Position numbers and translations under genes: made by a program
Notes under the pieces: generated by a model
Seen by the model: only the letters and a program-made list of their open reading frames with translations
What the model was told of the DNA's origin: nothing
Database searches by the model: none
In this document: positions 1 to 11,000 of the stretch, in pieces
How positions within the stretch are numbered: position 1 is the stretch's first letter
Layout of the letters: every line of letters starts with the position of its first letter
Assembly: GCF_009914755.1 (NCBI RefSeq)
Contig: NC_060925.1
DNA: 64,000 nt
Strand: one strand, 5' to 3'
Source: the human T2T-CHM13v2.0 reference genome, Homo sapiens

Positions 1-494
1 AAGTTTATAAGCTTTCATTAAATATATTTGCATACTCATGCCACTTCTTTTAGTTCTATCTTATTTTGTTATAATACCATAGTTTTCCATTTGTCTCATG
101 CTTTTCTTTTGGTTGCATTTCATTTCTTTTGTTTTGTCTTTAATTTTTTTCTAATATTTCTGCTGTTGATATTTAATCTTTTTAATTTACTCTTTCTAGC
201 CACCTTAAATCATCTTTGAAAACTTGATCAGCATATAAAATAAATAAATAGACTTCCAAGTTCCACTCAATTGCACAAACCAGAATCTGTAGTCACGTTT
301 GATATGATGTTTTTATTACCATATCTAATTAAACAATAAATGTTACCTATTCAGTTCTTTCAACTCCTTTCCAATCCTCCCCATTTATATCAATCCACAA
401 TTGCTACATTTGTTATGCATTCAGCTTTCTGAAACAAGTTGCTAAAGGAGCTTTCTAGCTGGTCAGATGGTATCTACTTATTTCTGTGAGCTGT

Positions 495-790
495 TCTTTA
501 TAGAGCCTCCAGAGTGAATTTTCTTAAAATAAAACAAACAAAAACAACAACTCATTAATATATTCCCCTGCTCAATCTCACTTAATGCCTCCCAGCTTTC
601 AGAATCAAGTCCAAACCCTGCAACAGCATGTAAGGCATCTAACAATGTGCCTTCCCCCTTTTGCTGACTCTTCCTTTAAACATCCTTGGCCTCTTCTCTC
701 ACAATGAGCCTTTTAAATGATACATTATACACCCACTGAACTATTTGTTATTTTCTACCATACTGTGCACTCTCAACTCTCTCTTGCTAG
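495..790 (+). mobile_element. L2 LINE fragment (decayed)
   Basis: Resembles the L2 3' region (gcctccagagtgaattttcttaaaat...cccctgctcaa...aatcaagtccaaaccc); boundaries approximate. Confidence 0.5.
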
Positions 791-1250
791 ACTACTCTTT
801 CTAGGCTGTACAGAGCCAGAGAAAACTGTCCTTGAACTCTCAAAATATAGAAGAATTTTAAAATTAATAAGTATTGATCAGTAGCTCAGGTCTACGAGCA
901 AGGCATTTTAGGAGGTAGATGTTAAGTGGGTGATTGAGCTACACCTTATCCAAAATGAGAGAAAATAGACAAGTCTCAACTCCACCCTGCCTAAGGCAAG
1001 AAAGTTACTGCAAATCTATAAAAGAATATTCTCTCCTACCATCATCTACCACCATATATCATAGATTATTGGAAGAGGGTCTAGTGGCTACGTGATAAAT
1101 AATGTAAGTGATTGGAACTTCTGGTCAAATTGATATCATAACTTTTTCACTCTGTGATATTTTTCTTCATTTTTTTGTAAAAGTAGATTAAGGAATCTCA
1201 GCTTCTGACAGCCTGTGCAATCCCTAACTTCTTGAGAGAATCTGTACCGG

Positions 1251-1277
1251 AAAAAAAAAAAAAAAAAAAAAAAAAAA
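1251..1277 (+). repeat. Pure poly(A) tract, A27
   Basis: 27 consecutive A. Confidence 0.95.
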
Positions 1278-1385
1278 GACGGTCTTGTCTGCACCAATCT
1301 GGGAAGTTCTACCTACCTGATCTCAAAAGATGAAGTAAATGTATTACGTAGAATAAAGCTAAAAAATGTTTAGATAAAAGTTATA

Positions 1386-1690
1386 GGCACAGCATGGTGG
1401 CTCATGCCTGTAATCCTAGCACTTTGGGGAGGCCAAGGCAGAACAGTCGCTTGAGACCAGGAGTTTGAGACCAGCCTGAGCAACATACTATGACCTCATC
1501 TCTACAAAATAATTCAGAATTAGCTGTGGGTGGTGGTGTGTGCCTGTAGTCCCAGCTATTCAGGAGGCTGAGGCAGGAGGATCGCTGAAGCCCAGGAGTT
1601 CAAGGTTGCATGAACTGTGATCCCACTCTTGTACTCCAGCCGGGGTAACAAGCAAGACCCTGTCTCGAAAAACTAAAAAAAGAAAAAGAA
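1386..1690 (+). mobile_element. AluJ SINE
   Basis: Dimeric Alu with J-type motifs (gcttgagaccaggagtttgagacc, gaagcccaggagttcaagg) and A-tail; TSD AAAAGTTATA at 1376-1385 and 1691-1700. Confidence 0.92.
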
Positions 1691-2514
1691 AAAAGTTATA
1701 ACAACTTATTAATTATTTAAATCCTATTGCCTCTTTGCTTTCTGGCATAGAAGACAAACTTTAAACTTCCTTGAGAGACTATATAGATTCTTAAACACAT
1801 TATCAGTGGCAAAAAAAATAACAGTAATTACTTGGTTGGAAATAAAAAACTGCTCCTTCAACAAATGAGCGGATGTTGGATTTAAGCAATGGACTCCATT
1901 TGAGAAAAGTGTACCCATTAAAAAAATCAATACTTCTAGCTCTAGGGGGTCAAGCAAATGTTTTTAAATTCTGCCAATAAAAAATAATAATAATGACTGT
2001 GAGCATTTCACCTGGCAAACATTTTAGGCTTAACGTTTGTCATACTTACAGACTTAGGAAGATGACAAACAAACAAACAAAATAACCTCTAAATATCGAT
2101 TGACAAATGATTTACAGAATCAACATGTCATTAAAATGTCAACTGTATAAACAAGCTGCACAATCATATTTATGGTAGATTTGACTAAGTAAGCAGTCAG
2201 TGAGGAGGATACATACTGTTTACTAATATATATATTTATATATACATATATATCAGACACTAAGAAAATGAATAAATCTAGTTTCCTAATAATACAAATT
2301 GAATGAGTTTTTAACACTGGTCAGCACTGATTTCCTTTTTTTGGATTTTTTGAAGGGGTTTAAAAAATGTTTTAAATCTTGCCATGTTAGAGAATCATAT
2401 AAATGCCTACAGGTTTATCTAACATCCCACTGGCATATTTGATAATTCCGCTCAAAATCAATGACAGTTCATCATTCCACACAGGGTTTCAATGTTTGTA
2501 TTTGTAATCTACAG

Positions 2515-2963
2515 AAAATGGAGCCAACTACAAACAGCAAATTTTATTTTGGATTTCCAGCTGGGATAATTCCATGGTAAGCTAAAGAATGAAAAGTCTA
2601 ATTCTCCCAAGGTTCAATCAAACTATCCTGACCTTAGAAATGGAGAATCATCAATGTAAATAACATATTTGGAATTTGTTAAATGTGTTCATTTTTTCCC
2701 TCAGCCTACCATATATCAACAATAAAATAGGAAGGAGTTTTTCACATTCTTTCATCCCACTATTTTGGGTTATAACGGATAAAAAACAATCAGAATGCAA
2801 TTGCATGGAAAGTTGACTCGCCATTGCAAGGTGGTATGAGGGAATTACATGGAGTTCTCCCTAGAGTGCAGGGATTATTTTATTCTGATTGGACAACTGC
2901 CCACATTATTTGTTCATGAGATACAGAAGAGATTACTCACAACCCTAATGATATCTTTCACTG
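2515..2963 (+). other. Two candidate spliced exons (2515-2576, 2705-2963) of an unknown transcript
   Basis: tttgtaatctacag| ... ATG|gtaagc; ttttttccctcag| ... CTG|gtaggt; non-repeat sequence; no recognisable protein. Confidence 0.3.
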
Positions 2964-3644
2964 GTAGGTTTAAAACACAACAAAACTGTAGGCAACTCTA
3001 ATGCTTTTATTATAAGAAGCAATTAGACTGGGTAAGGGAACAAAGAAAAGCATTGGTAGATGTGGTTGCTCCAGTTGCATGCAAAAAGCTTCATTCAATC
3101 TGTGCACTTAATTTCTACTGCTAAATTAATCTAAGAGATTCAGAGCTTTCAATACTGTTTTTTTCTTTCTTTTTTTTCTTCCATATCCTTTACTAAATGC
3201 TTATGACATTCAACAAATTTATGTCCTTTCAAACATTCCTTCCTTCTTGCAGGGGTAGTTTTCTTAGAAACTAGTAAATATTAGCTCAAATACTAATATC
3301 AATTTGATTCCTGGTTTGGGTAAAATTTTTAAGTCACTTTTGTAGTTTTCCTTGACTTTATTTATCTTTCTTTGAGGTCTCTCTAAATCACTCTATCTTG
3401 GATTGCTTTTCAGTAAGGAGTCTGTATTATTCTGTTGGTATAAAGGGCTTCATTTTGAAGGTAGCAAAATCAATATCTAACTAGATATTGATTTGTTGAT
3501 ACACTGTAACTTTACTATCTCCATATCCCATTAGTCTCAGATTTCTGGGCCATGATGGATTCCAAATTTGCTAATGCTGTTGTTTTAAACTATTCAAAAA
3601 GTAGCATCCACAAGAGGCAAACAATTATATAGCAGGAATGCACA

Positions 3645-3785
3645 GATGGGACTTCAGAAGTCATGTACTCTAATCCCTCAGTTTTGTAGATGATGAAATA
3701 AACCAAAAAACATTGAATTACCTACCTAAGAATGTACATTTACTATGCAGAAATGACAGCAATTGAAACTGGGTCTTACAAATCC
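3645..3785 (-). mobile_element. MIR SINE fragment
   Basis: Degenerate MIR core (cagttttgtagatgatgaaataaac...ttacctacctaag). Confidence 0.5.
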
Positions 3786-5450
3786 CTCTCTAGGAAGGAA
3801 TACTACAGATGACTCTCCCTAACTTAAGCTTGTGTTTATAATCAATTATACTTCCTTTATAAGGGTTAGTTACTCATTTGCTTTTAATTAAGTAGTTCTC
3901 TTATTAAAATAACAACCAATATGTAAGAGTATAATTTGTATTTCCATTAGCCTCCAGAAACCCAGTGACTCATATTAAAGTCTAAGAACTATCTCAAATC
4001 CCAAAAATTAGTTTTCTATTTTGTCCAATTTTTGTATTATTTCTTAATATAAACTCATAACTACCTTATGAAGCAAGTATACATATTGCTTCTATATTAT
4101 ATATGATATAACTGGGACTTAGGAAAGTCTACTAACTTATGCAAGATCATATAACCATTAACACTGTATAGCCACTTAGAGAAGGCAGAAGTTAGGTAGT
4201 TCTGCATTAACAGCCAGGGTCTTTCTATGGCCCTTAATTTTGGAACCACCATTAAGGAAGCATTATTCAACAAAATCACAGTTACTTTATTCTTGAAGAA
4301 TGCCTTTCACTAAGCTGCATTCAGTGTTGTGGCCTTGACTTATCTATCTTGAGGGCTCTGTGTATAGCTGGGCAGTATAAGTCTTGCATAATGTCAACGA
4401 GAGCCATTTGTATAGAAGACATTGAAAATGATGCCTCCCAGAGTTGTGAAATGCAGAAACTCTGCATGGAGGCATGGAAATAGAAACTGCTGTGTGATAC
4501 CATTAGTACATTTATTACAGGGAAGTTATTGAGTAGCTCATTCTCACATGATGAAATATCTTCTTTTTAAAAAATGTTTTGAGAAAAATGGTTTCCTGAC
4601 TACTAGGAAAAACTTTTTTTTCTAAGGAATAAGTTCACATTTTCTTCATGAAAAATTTAGAGTAATGTTCACCATTTGTGTTTTGACTGCCATGAAGTTC
4701 AATTTAAGATATTTGGCAGCACCACAACTTGAACATCAGTAGACTAAACTTTTTCTTAATCTTATTTTTAAACTCTATATTTCCCAGGCTTTTTTATGTT
4801 TTATTTTATATGCCATCCCACTGACCTGAACATGAATATTTGGTATACCTATAGTAGAAGTCTGGAAGCAGTAAGTCAAGATTTTTCTGCAAATGGAATA
4901 TATAAAGCTGGCTATAGTTTTTAATAATTGTATTGTGTAAATTAAAACATTTAGTTTGAGACTTAGAGAGAAAAATGTCTTTCAGTGTCCTAAGAGAGCT
5001 TCAAGAGAACCTTAAGTAATAGAGAAATTGTGAATAAAATTAGAAACATCGTTCCCTTTTATTCTTCCCAGCCTTATAATCTTGCCTGTCCTACTTTGGA
5101 TACAATTCAGATAACGTCCAAGAGGGCTATATAAAAGATTAAGTAAAACGATAGTGAATAGTTTTCTCACAGACCATATTTATCAGCCCAGGAAAGTTGA
5201 AATATGCACAGAATAATGGCTAAATGTAAAATAATATATTATATTTGGACTTAGAATAGCAACATAAGTGAAATTTCCAACACGTTTTCCCCGTTTGAAA
5301 TACTTGGTTTTATTTATTAATAAAAATAGCAAGGAACGTTATTTAAATCCATTTAACTATGCTTAGAGGAATGGCTCATAGTTCCATCATTTTATTACCT
5401 ATGAACTCCAAAAGGCTCTGGAAGTATTTAAATTTTGAAGCTAATTATTT

Positions 5451-6200
5451 TGGTGAGAATGTAAGTTAGTACAAACACTATGGAGAACAGTTTGGAGGTT
5501 CCTCAAAAAACTAAAACTTGAGCTACCATATAATCCTGCAATCCCACTGCTGGGGATATACCCAACAGAAAGGAAGTTAGTATATCAAAGAGATATCTGC
5601 ACTCCCATGTTTGTTGGAGCACTGTTTACAATTCCTAAGATTTGGAAGCAACCTCAATGTCCATTAACAGAATAATGGATAAAGAAAATGTGGTACATAT
5701 ACACAATGGAGTACTATTCAGCCATAAAAAAGAACGAGAGCCAGTCATGTGCAACAACATTATGTTAAGTGAAATAAGCCAGGCATAGAAAGATAAATTT
5801 AGCATATTGTCACTTATTTGTGGGATCTAAAAATCAAAACAATTGAAGTCATGGACATAGAAAGTAAAAGATGGTTACAAGAGCTGAGAACGGTATTGGG
5901 GCTTGGGAATGAGGTGGTGGTGAGGATGGTTAATAAGTAAAAAAAAAATAGAAAGAATAAATAAGACCTAGTATTTTCTAGGACAAGAGGGTGACTATAG
6001 TCAATAATAACTGTACATTTTAAAATAACTTAAAGAGTGTAGTTGGATTATTTGCAGTTCAACGGATAAAAACCTGAGGGGATGGATACCCCATTCTTCA
6101 TGATGTACTTATTTCATGTTGCCTGTATTCATCAAAACATCTCATGTACCCCATAAATATATACACCTACTATGTACTCACAGAAATTAAAAATTCAAAC
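5451..6200 (+). mobile_element. 5'-truncated L1MA (L1MA2/3-like) 3' end
   Basis: ORF2 C-terminus plus L1MA 3'UTR (aaacatctcatgtaccccataaatatatacacctactatg); TSD GCTAATTATTT at 5440-5450 and 6201-6211. Confidence 0.88.
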
Positions 6201-6429
6201 GCTAATTATTTGTGATATTAAAGAAAATATAAGACAAAAAAGACATAAATTATCTGAATAACATAATATAATTAAACAGCTTGAAAAATGTATGTATAAA
6301 TATGTCTATCAAAAAACCCACATCCTTCTCCAACAGTCACAGAGAACATTTTGATAAAAATTAGCATGTATTAGGCTGCAAAATAAGTTGCAATAAAATC
6401 TGAAGAAACCTTTGAACAAAATTCAAGAA

Positions 6430-6550
6430 ACAATGGCCTGTTGGGCAATTGCTCACTGACTGTTTTTATTAAGTTTTTTTATAGCACGGCCATGTCCATT
6501 AATTTACATGCTGTCTATGGCTTCTTTTAACTACAGTGTCACAGTTGAAA
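6430..6550. mobile_element. MER58-like hAT-Charlie fragment
   Basis: Similar to the MER58 body (cacggccatgtccattaatttacatgctgtctatggc). Confidence 0.4.
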
Positions 6551-6870
6551 ATTTGAAAGTTACAATTATAGAATTCCAGATTAGGTTAAAAAAATGAAAA
6601 TAAGTTTAAAAAGAAAGTACAATGGAGGTGGAAAAATATTTAAAATTGAACGATAATGAAATCATAATATAACAATGATTATAGAGATGCAGCTAAGCAT
6701 CACTTGGAAGAGTATTAAATGCATTCACTACAAGAAAGAAGGAAAGAATAAAAAAAAAGAGAAAAAAGAAACTTGTTAAACAGAATTATACCCCCAGTAA
6801 AATGGACAACATAAAGATCTTTTTATATAAACATGACATAGTACAGTTCATTACTAGCATTTATACATAT

Positions 6871-7892
6871 GAACTGCAAGGTGGCAGCGAGGCTGGGGGA
6901 GGGGTGTCTGCCTTTGCTGAGGCTTGAGTAGATAAACAAAGTGGCTGGGAAGCTCGAACTGGGTGGAGCCCACAGCAGCTCAAGGAGGCCTGCCTGCCTG
7001 CCTTTGTAGACTCCACCTCTGAGGGCAGGGCATAGCTGAACAAAAGGCAGCAAAAATTTCTGCAGACTTAAATGTCCCTGTCTGACAGCTTTGAAGAGCA
7101 TAGTGTGTCTGCCTGCACGGAGTTGGAGATCTGAGAACGGACAGACTGCTTCCTCAAGTGGGTCCCTAACCCCTGAGTAGCCTAACTGGGAGGCACCTCC
7201 AAGTAGGGGCGGATACTGACACCTCATACAGCTGGGTGCCCCTCTGAGACGAAGCTTCCACAAGAAGGATCAGGCAGCAATATTTGCCGTTCTGCAATAT
7301 TCGCTGTTCTGCAGCCTCCATTGCTGATACCCAGGCAAACAGGGCCTGGAGTGGACCTCCAGCAAACTCCAACCGACCTGCAGCTAAGGGTCCTGACTGT
7401 TAGAAGGAAAACTAACAAGCAGAAAGGACATCCACACCAAAACCCCATCTGTACATCACCATCATCAAAGACCAAAGGTAGATAAAAACCACAAAGATGG
7501 TGAGAAACCAGAGCAGAGAAGCTGCAAATTCTAAAAATCAGAGTGCCTCTTCTCCTCCAAAGGAATGCAGCTTGTCACCAGCAACGGAACAAAGCTGGCC
7601 GGGAAATGACAGAAGTAGGCTTCAGACTATCAGTAATAACAAACTTCTCCAAGCTAAAGGAGGATGTTCAAACCCATTGCAAAGAAGCTAAAAATCTTGA
7701 AAAAAGATTAGACGAATGGCTAACTAGAATAAACAGCATAGAGAAGACCTTAAATGACCTGATGGAGCTGAAAACCATGGCCCGAGAACTACATGACGCA
7801 TGCACAAACTTCAATAGCCGATTCAATCAAGTGGAAGAAAGGGTATCACTGATTGAAGATCAAATGAATGAAATGAAGCGAGAAGAGAAGTT
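6871..7892 (+). mobile_element. Internal L1PA5/6-like fragment: distal 5'UTR plus ORF1 N-terminus, no 3' end or poly(A)
   Basis: Aligns to the 5'UTR/ORF1 of the L1PA2 in this window; ORF1 coiled-coil peptide in ORF 7543-7911; flanked by TAGCATTTATACATAT at 6855-6870 and 7893-7908. Confidence 0.9.
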
Positions 7893-9106
7893 TAGCATTT
7901 ATACATATTAAAGGAAATCCTTCAGACAGAAACTTGGACGTATACAAAGAAATGAAGAGCGTTGGAAATAGTAAAAATTAAGGTAAATATAAAAGAAATA
8001 ATTTAAAAATTATCTAAACAAAGCAATGTTTTGAATTTATAACATAGGTAAAATAAAAGGTATGATAAAAATAGCAATGGATGGGAGAGAGGAAATTGAA
8101 AATATATTGTTATATTTCTTACAGGATATATAAAGTGGTATTCTAATATTTGAATCTAGATTGTGATGAATTAATGATGTTTACAGTAAACTGTGGAAAC
8201 TACTAAAAAAAAATTAAAGAAAGTAGTGTAACTAGTAAGACAATTGTGAAAGTAAAGTATAATCAGAAAAAAATCTAATAAAATATAAATAACATTATAT
8301 TTAAATTTAATACTCACAGTGATTACATTAAATATAAATTATCTAAACTCTCTGATTAAAAGGCTGATTTGGTCAATGAGAAAAGAATACATACTACATA
8401 AAATTTAATCAGAAGAAAATGGGTCAGCTATATTGACATTAAAGAAATTTCAAAACAAGGATTATTTTAAAAAATAAAGACATCACATGTTTTCATTGTA
8501 ATTGCTAATAATAAAAAAACCTAATCACTAAGGAGATTGAGCAATGTTAAATGTATACATATTTAACAGCAGAGCTTCAAAATACATGAAATAAAACTGA
8601 TAGAACTGAAAGTAGAAATAAACAAATTCACAATTATTTGAATTACTTTACACACCTAGGTAATTGATAGAACATGTACACAGAAAATCAAGGATATAGA
8701 AGAACTGAACAATGACCTAATTGACATGTATGGAACATTATACCCAGAAGTAAGCAAGGTACATAATTTTTTGAAGTACATATGGGCATTTACCAAGATA
8801 GAACATATTGAGCCTTAGAACAAACTTTAACAAAGTTTAAAAAATGGAAAATATACAAGGTGTATTACCTGACCACAGTGAAATTTAACTAGAAACCAGT
8901 AGGGTATCTTGATAATACTCAAATATTGAAAATTAAGCAAGATATTTCTAAGCAATTCATGGATCAATGAGGAAACTACAATGGAAGTTAGAAATTATTA
9001 GTTAAGTGAAAATGAAAACACATTATATCAAAATATTTTGAATACATCAAAGAAGTCTGTAGAAAAAAATTTATAACATCAAATGATTAGAAAAAGAACA
9101 GGTATC

Positions 9107-9698
9107 TTTGTTAGGCTGTTCTTGCACTGCTATAAAGAACTTCTTTCCAACTTCTTTCCAACTTTCCAAACTTAATTTTTGGTTAAGACTGTTACCTTTA
9201 AAGGCATTAAAATATTAAGGGAAATCCCAGCACTTTGGGAGGCCAAGGTGGGTGGATCACCAGGTCAGGAGATCGAGACCATTCTGGCTAATACGGTGAA
9301 ACCCCATCTCGACTGAAAAAAAAAAAGAAATACCTAAGATTGGGTAATTTATAAAGAAAAGAGGTTTAATTGGCTCACAGTTCTGCAGGTTGTACAGGAG
9401 GCATGGCACTGGCATTAGCTTGGCTCCTAGGGAGGCCTCAGAAAGTCTTTACACATGGTGGAAAGCAAAGCAGGAGCAGGCATGTTACATGGCCAGAGCA
9501 GGAGCAAGAGGGAGAATGGGAGACGTGCCACACACTTTAAACAACTGGATCCCAGGTAAACTCACTCACTACCTTGAGGACCACACTAAGCCATGAGGAA
9601 CCTGCTCCAATAACTCAAACACTTCCCACCAGGCTTCATCTCCAACACTGGGATTACATCTCAACATGAGATTTGGAGGGGACCTGCAAACTATATCA
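9107..9698 (-). mobile_element. MSTA-like MaLR solo LTR
   Basis: ttaggctgttcttgcactgctataaagaa...gggtaatttataaagaaaagaggtttaattggctcacag...ctatatca; 5-bp TSD GTATC at 9102-9106 and 9699-9703. Confidence 0.88.
9140..9323 (+). mobile_element. Chimeric insert: ~83 bp non-Alu sequence + truncated AluY/Sc-type left monomer + A-tail
   Basis: Alu part 9223-9315 (gagatcgagaccattctggctaa); interrupts the MST LTR with AAAGAA duplicated at 9134-9139 and 9324-9329. Confidence 0.8.
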
Positions 9699-10710
9699 GT
9701 ATCCAAATCAGTGATTTTATGTTCTACCTTAGGAAACTAGAAAGAGAAGAAAAAATTAAATGAAAAGAGAGCAGAAGTAGGAAAATAATAAAGACAAAAG
9801 AGGAAATCAATGAAATTGAAATACAATAGAGAAAGTCAATGTAACAAAATATCAATTTCTATGAGAAATCAATAAAATCAGTAAACCTGTAGCTAAATGT
9901 ATCATAATAAAAAGAGAACACACAAATTACCCGTATCAGGAATAAAAGAAGGGCATTTATTATAGATGCTACAGATACTAAAAACTAAGAGAATATGATG
10001 AGTGACTTTTCCCACTAAATTCCACAAAAATGAACAAATTTTTTTAAACGCATAAACTTCAAAAACTCACTCAAGATGAAATTGGTAAGTTGAATAGTTA
10101 CATATCTATATCTGTATCTATTTGAATATACAGTTAAAGAGAGTTTTTGTATTTATGAAGTTCAATTTTCACTAACTATATGACTCAGCAATTCCCAAAA
10201 CATGTGTAAACCTAAGAACAAATAAAACATATGATCTGAAACATAGGATCTAAAAAATAAAAGTCTGTATATTTTATTATCATTTCATTTATATGACATC
10301 CTTGAAATGGGGACACTATAGGGGTAGAAAACCAATCAGTCATTGTCAGGGAATGGAAAAGGAAGAGGGGAATTAACAACAAGGGTCCACCAGTGAACTT
10401 TCTGGGGAAATGTAAATGTTCCATTTTCTTATTATGATGATAGAAGTAACATTATTGTAAGTATGTGTTAATATTAATAAAATCGTACACCTAACAAGGA
10501 TGAACTTTATTGTGTATAAATTGAACCTCAAAAAATCTTACTCTAAGAAAGAAATTATAGCCTCTAAAATAAGATTTAAGACAAAATTGTATGAATATAG
10601 CTCATTAATTTGGCATTATCATCTAATTAAATTCATAAAGAGCATTTAATAAAATTCAAACCTATTTTAGTTCATAAAAAAATAGATAACATGAATATAG
10701 AAATATATTA

Positions 10711-11000
10711 GTATCTCAGTTTGGGTTCCTGCCAAAGGATCCTGACACAAGGATTCAGGTACAATTCTGTTGTATTACAGATGATTTCAGAAAACGCTAA
10801 TAGGGAAGTGAGGAAGTGAGGCAGAGGAAAAAAAGGCAATGAAGCATATGTTGGCAAAAAATTTATTACCATAGGTAATTTGAATTTAATTTCACCAAGA
10901 AACTCTAGGGGGCATTGTAGAGCACACATCTCAAAGTCAGTCCATTGAAGGCACAAGAAATCTAGGTATTTATCTACCAACTCCTATCAGTCTCATTGGT
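10711..11000. mobile_element. Ancient ERVL-class LTR fragment (LTR16/LTR33-like)
   Basis: tctcagtttgggttcc...ctgacacaaggattc...agggaagtgaggaagtgaggcagagg resembles these LTR ends. Confidence 0.5.

Larger units (their letters stand above)
6560..10130 (+). mobile_element. Old L1M remnant (ORF1 end to ORF2 EN/linker), interrupted by younger insertions
   Basis: Decayed ORF2-like segments (agagcttcaaaatacatgaa, tgaccacagtgaaatttaactagaa, aggaaactagaaagagaaga). Confidence 0.7.

Noticed and set aside
2515-2963. Argument that the in-frame stops are single C>T changes and so support a pseudogene
   Set aside because: Every stop codon is one transition from CAA, CAG or CGA, so this carries no information.
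6823-7475. Antisense ORFs of 60-146 aa
   Set aside because: They are reverse readings of the L1 5'UTR. The ORF0 start is not conserved and the fragment is truncated there.
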